Source of the DNA: Burkholderiaceae bacterium | GTDB taxonomy: Bacteria; Pseudomonadota; Gammaproteobacteria; Burkholderiales; Burkholderiaceae_D | Reading direction: 5' to 3' | Assembly: GCA_049514215.1 (NCBI GenBank) | Contig: JBEKVI010000021.1 | Location: 1 to 64,000 of the forward strand | Length of the DNA stretch: 64,000 bases | In this document: piece by piece, positions 57,789 to 64,000 of the stretch | Layout: every line of letters begins with the position of its first letter | How positions within the stretch are numbered: the first letter of the stretch is position 1 | The notes under the pieces: generated by a model | The model's database searches: none | Told to the model about the DNA's origin: nothing | Seen by the model: the letters and a program-made list of their open reading frames with translations, nothing else | Translations under genes and position numbers: made by a program

Positions 57789-58891
57789 GACGTGGCCTCC
57801 TTGGCTAAGGGCTGTGGCGTGGCCGCGATGCTCGTTGGGGCCGGCTTGGCCCAGTTGATGCGGCCGTAGAGCGTTTCGCAAGCCAGGATGAGCAAGAAGG
57901 CAATGCCCTCAAGAACGAGCACGGCCGCATCAGGCATGTCCAGACGCCGCTGCAGCATCCCGCCGCTGGCTGAAATGCCGCCCAGCAGGATGGCCACGGG
58001 CACGATGGCAATGGGATTGTGGCGCGCGATGAACGCGACCAGGATCCCGGCGTAGCCGTAGCCTGCGATGAGTGACGCGTTGGCCGCGCCATGGACGGCG
58101 GCGACTTCCACCGCGCCGGCCAAGCCCGCCGCAAGTCCTCCGAGCGCGCAGGCCAGAAGCACAAGCCCCCCGGTCGGAAGTCCCGCAAGCAGGCCCGCAC
58201 GCAGGTTTCCGCCAGCCACCCGCATGGCAAAGCCGATGGTCGTGCGATACACGAGGGCATAGGAGAGGATGCAGGCAATGATGCCAAAGCCCAGCCCCCA
58301 GTGGACATTGAGACCGGGCAGATTGCCCAGGCGATTCTCATCGCCAATGGGAAAGGTGGAGGGCTTGTTCAGGCTCGCCGGGTCGCGCAAGACACCTTCG
58401 ACCAAGTGATTGAAAAGGGCGATGGCGATGTACGCCAACAGAAGGCTCGAGATGGTCTCGTTGACGCCCCGGTAATGGCGCAGGCCGCCGGCCAACATGA
58501 TCCAGACCGCGCCCGTGACCATGCCTGCCAGAAGCATTCCGGTATCGACGATGAAAGCACCACTACCCGAGAGCAGATGTCCCATGACGGCAGCCGCAAG
58601 CCCGCCCAGAACGAGTGCGCCTTCTCCACCGATGATCATGAGTCCGACCTGGGCAGGCAGGGCGACACACAGCGCGGTGAGGATGAGAGGCGCAGCCCTC
58701 GAGAGTGTGTTCTGCCAGGAAAAGCCGCTCGCAAACCCGCCCCGGTAGATGAGTGCGTAGACCTCGAGCGGATCTTTGCCGAGTACCCAGACGAAAGCTC
58801 CAAAAAGAACGGCTGCCGCGCACAGCGCAATCAGCGGCACCGCGACCGCCTCGACAGCGGGTCCGAGCTGCGCTCTGCCGGGCCGTTCCAT
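57785..58891 (-). CDS. ABC transporter permease (BMP-family importer)
   Basis: 368 aa, 8-10 TM segments. Confidence 0.8.
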   Translation of the reverse strand: MERPGRAQLGPAVEAVAVPLIALCAAAVLFGAFVWVLGKDPLEVYALIYRGGFASGFSWQNTLSRAAPLILTALCVALPAQVGLMIIGGEGALVLGGLAAAVMGHLLSGSGAFIVDTGMLLAGMVTGAVWIMLAGGLRHYRGVNETISSLLLAYIAIALFNHLVEGVLRDPASLNKPSTFPIGDENRLGNLPGLNVHWGLGFGIIACILSYALVYRTTIGFAMRVAGGNLRAGLLAGLPTGGLVLLACALGGLAAGLAGAVEVAAVHGAANASLIAGYGYAGILVAFIARHNPIAIVPVAILLGGISASGGMLQRRLDMPDAAVLVLEGIAFLLILACETLYGRINWAKPAPTSIAATPQPLAKEATS

Positions 58892-58898
58892 GGGAGCT

Positions 58899-60026
58899 CT
58901 AGATCTTGCCGACCACGCCGGTCACCAGATAGTTCATCTGCTCCAGAACCGGGTCCGTCTGCTGATAGGACGTGCCCGAGGCAATCACGGTCTTGCCCGC
59001 GTTGTCCACGAGGGGACCTTTGAAGATCACGAAGTCGCCCTTCACCATCGAGGCCTTGATGCCATCGGCGGTGCTGCGCGCCGTGGCGCTGGCGCCTGGT
59101 CCGTAGGGGGACATCTTGACGAAGCCCTCCTTGAGGCCGCCGCGCAGGAAGTTCTTCATCGGTGCGCCCGACATCGCGTCATTGACGTGTACGGTGTAGG
59201 GCGTAAGCCAGTTCCACTCCGCCCCCGTCAGATAGCCCTTGGGTGCGAGCGCGGACTGGTTTGCGTGGTAGCCGCACACAAAGATGCCACGCCGCTCGGC
59301 CGTCTCGACGATGACTTTCGGGCTGTCGACGTGGCACGTGATGACGTCGACGCCTTGGTCGATGAGACTGTTGGCCGACTCCGCCTCCTTCACGGGCAGC
59401 GACCAGTCGCCGGTGATAATGAGCTGGGTCGTGATCTTGGGATCGACGCTGCGCGCGCCCAGGGTAAAGGCATTGATGTTGCGCAGCACCTGGGGAATCG
59501 GTTTGGCGGCGATGAAGCCGAGCTTCTTGCTCTTGCTCGCATGGCCTGCGACGACGCCGTTGAGGTACTGGCACTCGTCGATGTAGCCGAAGTAGCTGCC
59601 GGCATTTTTGGGATGCTTGCCTTCGGTCCACATGCCGCCGCAGTGGGCAAAGCGCACCTTCGGATACTTGGCGGCCATGCGCAGCATGAAGGGGTCGAAA
59701 TAGCCGAACGAGGTCGCAAAGATCAACCCGGCGCCGTCTTGTTCGACCATCGAGGACATGGTGTTTTCAACATCGGTGGTTTCAGGTACCTTTTCCTGCT
59801 CGACCACGGTCACGCCGGGCAGCTTCTTGATCTGTGCGGCTGCCTGGGCTTGCGCCTGGTTGTAGCCGTAGTCATCGCGAGGGCCCACGTAGATCACGCC
59901 GACCGTGAGTTTGTCGGCGGCGAACGCGCGCGAAAGCGAAAGTGGACCGACCGCGCTGGCCGCTGCGCCCATCGCGATTTGCTTTAGCACAGCACGGCGG
60001 GACGGGCTCTTGGGCGATGAACTCAT
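58899..60026 (-). CDS. BMP-family (Med/PnrA-like) ABC transporter substrate-binding lipoprotein
   Basis: Tat-type signal SRRAVLKQIAMGAAASAVGPLSLSRAFA. BMP fold (LTVGVIYVGPRDDYGYNQA...). AAGGAGA RBS on the minus strand. Confidence 0.8.
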   Translation of the reverse strand: MSSSPKSPSRRAVLKQIAMGAAASAVGPLSLSRAFAADKLTVGVIYVGPRDDYGYNQAQAQAAAQIKKLPGVTVVEQEKVPETTDVENTMSSMVEQDGAGLIFATSFGYFDPFMLRMAAKYPKVRFAHCGGMWTEGKHPKNAGSYFGYIDECQYLNGVVAGHASKSKKLGFIAAKPIPQVLRNINAFTLGARSVDPKITTQLIITGDWSLPVKEAESANSLIDQGVDVITCHVDSPKVIVETAERRGIFVCGYHANQSALAPKGYLTGAEWNWLTPYTVHVNDAMSGAPMKNFLRGGLKEGFVKMSPYGPGASATARSTADGIKASMVKGDFVIFKGPLVDNAGKTVIASGTSYQQTDPVLEQMNYLVTGVVGKI

Positions 60027-60088
60027 GCCGTTTTCTCCTTATCCATGGAAAATAAAATCTGGGATACCAGACGGTGCGCAACATGGAA

Positions 60089-60105
60089 TGCAATAGGCAT
60101 GCCAG
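60089..60105 (-). promoter_or_regulatory. Candidate sigma54 (-24/-12) promoter CTGGCATGCCTATTGCA (minus strand) for the BMP-ABC/hydrolase operon
   Basis: Minus-strand read matches TGGCAC-N5-TTGCA with GG and GC 11 nt apart. About 60 nt upstream of the ATG at 60026. Confidence 0.5.
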
Positions 60106-60252
60106 CCGCCAGACCGTGCAGGACCCGTCTCAAGGGCACGCCCTGGGCTTCGCGGCCGAAGCCGCATCCACATTGATTCTTAAGGGCGCCCGCGCGTAGT
60201 GTTAAGCGCAGCCGATGGGGCAGGTGATGAGGGCAGGCCTCGAGCCTGCAGC

Positions 60253-60281
60253 AGGCGCGTGGCCCGCTTTGGTGCACGCGC
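60253..60281. promoter_or_regulatory. Inverted repeat GGCGCGTG-N13-CACGCGCC about 150-190 bp upstream of the sigma54 element (candidate enhancer/activator site)
   Basis: Perfect 8-bp arms read from the sequence. Distance from the -24/-12 element is typical for bacterial enhancer-binding-protein sites. Confidence 0.25.
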
Positions 60282-60359
60282 CAAACCGTTCTAGTGCGGA
60301 TCGGTGCCGAGATGGGGGATGGCCGAAGTCATCGCCGCGGGCACCCGGGAATCCCCTGT

Positions 60360-62462
60360 CTAGTGGGGGCCTGCGAGCAAATCGAGCAGCTCTTTCTGGC
60401 CGTCGATGCGTTGTGCGCGGGTGCGCACGCGTGTCCAGGCGCCGTCGCCATCCATCTCCCAGGCGAGGACGTTATCGCGCAGGTGAATGAGCAGGCCTTC
60501 CTGGATGACGCGTTTTTTGAGCTTGGGGTCGCGTACGGGAAAGCAGAGTTCGACGCGTCGAAAGAAATTACGGTCCATCCAGTCGGCGCTGGAAAGATAG
60601 ACGTCCTTGGCGCCGTCATTGTGAAAGTAGAAAATGCGGCTGTGTTCGAGAAAGCGGCCGATGATCGAGCGGACCGTGATGTTCTCCGACAACCCTGGAA
60701 CGCCCGGACGCAGGGCGCACACGCCGCGCACCACGAGATCGATTTTCACGCCGCTTTGGCTGGCAAGATACAACTCGGCGATGACCTCGGGCTCGAGCAG
60801 GGCGTTCATCTTGGCGATGATGCGCGCAGGCTTCTGGCTGCGTGCGTGCTTGGCCTCGCGGCGAATCGCAGAGACCGTGTTGTCGTGCAGCGTGAAAGGC
60901 GAATGCCAGAGTTCTGCCAGAGGCTTGGCACTTCCTAGCCCCGTGAGTTGCTGGAAGACCTCATGGACATCACTGCAGATATCCTCGTTGGCCGTGAAGA
61001 GCCCGAAATCGGTATAGAGCCGCGCCGTGCGAGGATGGTAATTGCCGGTCCCCAGATGCGCGTAGCGCTTGAGGCGGCGAACTCCGTTGCGCGTGAGTTC
61101 GCCGCGCACCACGAGCGCCATCTTGGCGTGGGTTTTGTGCCCCACGACCCCGTAGACGACATGGGCTCCGACCTGCTCGAGCCGCGCTGCCCAGTTGATG
61201 TTGGTTTCCTCGTCGAAGCGCGCCATGAGTTCCACGACGACCGTGACCTCCTTGCCCGAGCGGGCAGCGGTCAGGAGCGCCTCCATGAGCGCGGAGTCGG
61301 TTCCGGTGCGATAGATGGTCTGCTTGATGGCCACCACGGCCGGGTCGGCGGCCGCGCTGCGCAGAAAGTCGAGCACCGGATTAAAGGACTGATACGGGTG
61401 ATGCAAAAGGATGTCCTGCTTGGCGAGGACCTTGAAGAAATCGCTGTGTTTGAGCTGGGCCTTTTGGATCGCGTTGGGAAGCCCGGGACTGAAGGCCGAG
61501 AACTTCAGATCCGCCCGGTCGACGAGATCGGGCAGCTGAATCAGGCGAACCAGATTCACCGGACCGGAGACGCGGTAGACCTCGCGCGGCTCAAGCACGA
61601 ACTCGCGCATGAGCAGCTGCGCGATCGCCTCCGAGCACGTGGCCGAGATCTCCAGGCGCACCGCATCGCCGAAGTGACGCTGTGGCAGCTCACCTTGGAG
61701 AGCCACCCGCAGGTTGGTAATTTCCTCGTCGTCGACAAACAGATCACTGTTGCGGGTCACCCGAAACTGATGGCACCCGTGTACCTGCATCCCGGCGAAC
61801 AAGTCCGCGACGCAGGCTTGCATGATCGAGGTCAGCATCACGAAGCTATAGGGATGGCTGGCCAGTCCGTCGGGCAAGCGAATCAGGCGGGGCAGTGCGC
61901 GTGGCGCCTGCACGATGGCCACGCCCGAATTGCGACCGAACGCGTCCTTGCCACCCAACTCCACGGCGAAGTTCAGGCTCTTGTTGAGCACACGTGGAAA
62001 CGGATGTGCCGGATCGAGCCCTATGGGAGTGAGAACCGGCAGAATCTCGCGATGAAAGTAATCGCGCGCCCAAGCGGCGATCTCATCGTTCCAGTTGGTC
62101 ACGAGTTGCAAAAAGACGCCCTCGGCCTCGAGCGCGGGCAAAAGGGTCGAATTCAACAGTTCGTACTGGCGCGCCACGAGTTCCCGGGCCCGGTCCGAGA
62201 CCATCTGGTAGGTTTCGGAGACGGTGTGGCCGTCGACGTCGCGAAAGCCCGGATTCTGCAGGATCTGTTCTTTCATGCCCGCGATCCGGATCTCGAAGAA
62301 CTCGTCGAGGTTGCTGCTCGTGATGCACAAAAATCGCAACCGCTCCAAAAGCGGCAGGCTCGGGTCCTCAGCCTGGGCAAAGACGCGCTCGTTAAAGGCC
62401 AGAACGCCCAATTCGCGATTCAGAAAGCGCTGCCCGGTAGCCGTCTTTTCCAGTGTCTGCAC
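60360..62462 (-). CDS. ppk: Polyphosphate kinase 1
   Basis: 700 aa, colinear with PPK1 (FLNRELGVLAFNERVFAQA..., PLD-like HKxxxxD region HAKMALVVR). Confidence 0.9.
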   Translation of the reverse strand: MQTLEKTATGQRFLNRELGVLAFNERVFAQAEDPSLPLLERLRFLCITSSNLDEFFEIRIAGMKEQILQNPGFRDVDGHTVSETYQMVSDRARELVARQYELLNSTLLPALEAEGVFLQLVTNWNDEIAAWARDYFHREILPVLTPIGLDPAHPFPRVLNKSLNFAVELGGKDAFGRNSGVAIVQAPRALPRLIRLPDGLASHPYSFVMLTSIMQACVADLFAGMQVHGCHQFRVTRNSDLFVDDEEITNLRVALQGELPQRHFGDAVRLEISATCSEAIAQLLMREFVLEPREVYRVSGPVNLVRLIQLPDLVDRADLKFSAFSPGLPNAIQKAQLKHSDFFKVLAKQDILLHHPYQSFNPVLDFLRSAAADPAVVAIKQTIYRTGTDSALMEALLTAARSGKEVTVVVELMARFDEETNINWAARLEQVGAHVVYGVVGHKTHAKMALVVRGELTRNGVRRLKRYAHLGTGNYHPRTARLYTDFGLFTANEDICSDVHEVFQQLTGLGSAKPLAELWHSPFTLHDNTVSAIRREAKHARSQKPARIIAKMNALLEPEVIAELYLASQSGVKIDLVVRGVCALRPGVPGLSENITVRSIIGRFLEHSRIFYFHNDGAKDVYLSSADWMDRNFFRRVELCFPVRDPKLKKRVIQEGLLIHLRDNVLAWEMDGDGAWTRVRTRAQRIDGQKELLDLLAGPH

Positions 62463-62593
62463 AACGAAGCGGTTTTTCAGAAATGTTTCAAATGGTCGAA
62501 TTCATGCTGCGGCCTTATATATTTCAAGGTCTTGGGTGGCCCTAGCCACTGTTCTGTAATATGCGGGGCTTAAGCTCGTCCTACCATTACATC

Positions 62594-64000
62594 ATGCCCT
62601 CCACTCGCTTGCTTGCTGCGGTCGATCTCGGTTCGAATAGCTTCAGGCTGCTCATCGGCCGAGTCGTCGAGAACGCGGGTGGCTCGCAAGTGTACCCGCT
62701 CGACAGCCTGAAGGAGACCGTGCGGCTCGCTTCGGGTCTGTCGAAGGAAAAGCGATTGGATGCGGCATCCCAGCAGCGCGCTTTGGCCGTGCTGCAGCGC
62801 TTTGGCGAGCGTTTGCGCTCCTTCGCGCCCGACCAGGTCCGTGCGGTCGCCACCAACACCCTGCGCGTCGCAAAAAACGCGGGGGACTTCCTAAAGACCG
62901 CCGAGGCGGCATTGGGGTTTCCCATCGAAGTCATCGCGGGCCGCGAAGAGGCGCGCCTGATCTATAGCGGCGTCTCGCATACTTTCCCGCCGCAGACGGG
63001 ACAAATGCTGGTCGTCGACATCGGTGGCGGTTCGACGGAATTCATCATCGGCGAAGGACACGAACCCAAGCTCATGGAATCGCTCTTCATGGGTTGCGTG
63101 AGCTACAGCATGCAGTTCTTCCCGGGTGGCGAGATCGACCGCTACACGCTCAAGCAGGCCGAGCTTGCCGCCCAGAAGGAAGTCGAGGTCATCGCGCGCG
63201 ATTACATTGCGACCGGCTGGTCTCTTGCCGTCGGATCCTCGGGGACCGCCAAGGCGCTCGGGGAGATCCTGGAAGAAAACGGCTTTTCAGAGCATGGGAT
63301 CACGCGCGAAGGACTCGAAAAACTGCGTGATGTGCTCCTGCGCGCGGGCAATGCAAGCCGCGTGCGCCTGGAAGCCTTAAAGACCGACCGCGTGCCCGTC
63401 ATCCCGGGAGGCTTTGCGATCATGTCCGCCGTCTTTAGCGTGTTGGGTCTTGAGCGCATGGATGTGGCCGAAGGGGCGCTGCGCCAGGGCGTGCTCTATG
63501 ACCTTCTGGGACGCAGTCAGCGCCAGGACATGCGCGATGTCACCATCGAGCAGTTCACCCAGCGCTATGGCGTCGATCGGCCCCAGGCGCGACGCGTAGG
63601 CCAGCTGGCCGTGAAGCTGTTGCACCAGGCCGCGCAAGGCAGCGAGGAAGAGCGAGAGGCGATCGAAAAGATCGTGACCTGGGCTGCGGCGCTTCACGAG
63701 ATCGGATTGTCGATCTCACACTCGGCCTATCACAAGCATTCGGCTTACATCCTGTCGAACGCGGACATGCCGGGATTTTCTAAAATGGACCAAATCAAGA
63801 TGGCTGCTCTGGTGCTGGGGCACACCGGCAAGCTCACCAAGCTGTCCGGACAGCTTTCTGGCCCTAACGACTGGCTGGCCGTCCTTTGCCTGCGGCTGGC
63901 CGTCCTGTTGTTTCGGCGCAGGGCGGAAATGCCGGTGCCCGAGCTGCGCCTGAAGGCCTCTTCCAAGGGCTATACCCTGCATGCCGACGCCGACTGGCTC
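62594..64000 (+). CDS. ppx: Exopolyphosphatase / guanosine pentaphosphate phosphohydrolase (Ppx/GppA); 3' end beyond the window
   Basis: Open frame from ATG 62594 to the window end (no stop, so absent from the ORF track). My translation MPSTRLLAAVDLGSNSFRLLIGRVV...IAGREEARLIYSGV...VVDIGGGSTEF gives Ppx/GppA ASKHA motifs. Divergent from ppk. Confidence 0.85.
   Translation, partial: MPSTRLLAAVDLGSNSFRLLIGRVVENAGGSQVYPLDSLKETVRLASGLSKEKRLDAASQQRALAVLQRFGERLRSFAPDQVRAVATNTLRVAKNAGDFLKTAEAALGFPIEVIAGREEARLIYSGVSHTFPPQTGQMLVVDIGGGSTEFIIGEGHEPKLMESLFMGCVSYSMQFFPGGEIDRYTLKQAELAAQKEVEVIARDYIATGWSLAVGSSGTAKALGEILEENGFSEHGITREGLEKLRDVLLRAGNASRVRLEALKTDRVPVIPGGFAIMSAVFSVLGLERMDVAEGALRQGVLYDLLGRSQRQDMRDVTIEQFTQRYGVDRPQARRVGQLAVKLLHQAAQGSEEEREAIEKIVTWAAALHEIGLSISHSAYHKHSAYILSNADMPGFSKMDQIKMAALVLGHTGKLTKLSGQLSGPNDWLAVLCLRLAVLLFRRRAEMPVPELRLKASSKGYTLHADADWL

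Noticed and set aside
58091-59023. 310-aa plus-strand ORF and other antisense ORFs over the permease and binding-protein genes
   Set aside because: Antisense artifacts inside well-supported ABC transporter genes.
60948-62573. 541-aa plus-strand ORF
   Set aside because: Antisense to ppk. No recognisable domain. ppk accounts for the region.
62626-62640. GGTTCGAAT string resembling a tRNA T-loop
   Set aside because: Lies inside the ppx coding frame (LGSNSF). No surrounding cloverleaf elements. No tRNA genes detected in any intergenic region.
1-64000. Searched for CRISPR repeats, IS/transposase or integrase genes, rRNA, and phage or defence gene signatures
   Set aside because: No direct-repeat arrays, no transposase- or integrase-like ORFs, no rRNA-like conserved strings. 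Every large gene has a metabolic, transport or housekeeping assignment.

Overview
High-GC (~65%) proteobacterial chromosome segment, densely coded on both strands; affinity looks beta- or gamma-proteobacterial (Burkholderiales/Xanthomonadales-like), which I cannot settle without a search. Starts on both strands were placed from in-frame Met positions in the supplied ORF translations, not from the rough ORF boundaries. Two genes run off the window edges and are missing from the ORF track because they have no stop in-window: a TonB-dependent receptor at the 5' edge (minus strand) and ppx at the 3' edge (plus strand). Housekeeping content: fsr, a split mnmC (two ORFs in different frames), lysS-SDR-prfB with the programmed +1 frameshift site visible, a SulP permease, a TetR-MFP-RND-OMF efflux operon with an operator palindrome, recJ plus a recJ-adjacent conserved hypothetical, lolC-GNAT-GST-lolD-tatD, and a flotillin-like SPFH protein. 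Three accessory blocks stand out. (1) 27.4-39.3 kb: a tandem duplicated circularly-permuted ATP-grasp / alpha-E / transglutaminase module ending in an Anbu proteasome-like peptidase, with an antisense gdhA inserted, followed by two alpha/beta hydrolases, ridA and relA. This is a known-unknown peptide-modification or tagging system. (2) 44.6-51.9 kb: an AtzF-like allophanate hydrolase, a NitT/TauT-type ABC importer, and an AtzG-AtzE-AtzH-like trio with a GntR regulator. (3) 53.9-60.1 kb: a BMP-family ABC importer operon carrying two isochorismatase-family cysteine-hydrolase paralogs (BiuH/TrtA-like), behind a sigma54 -24/-12 promoter. Blocks 2 and 3 together look like a nitrogen-scavenging island for triuret, biuret or carboxybiuret-type ureides. 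The window ends with divergent ppk-ppx. No rRNA, tRNA, CRISPR or transposase was seen. Many long antisense ORFs with Arg/Gly-rich translations inside real genes are treated as GC artifacts.
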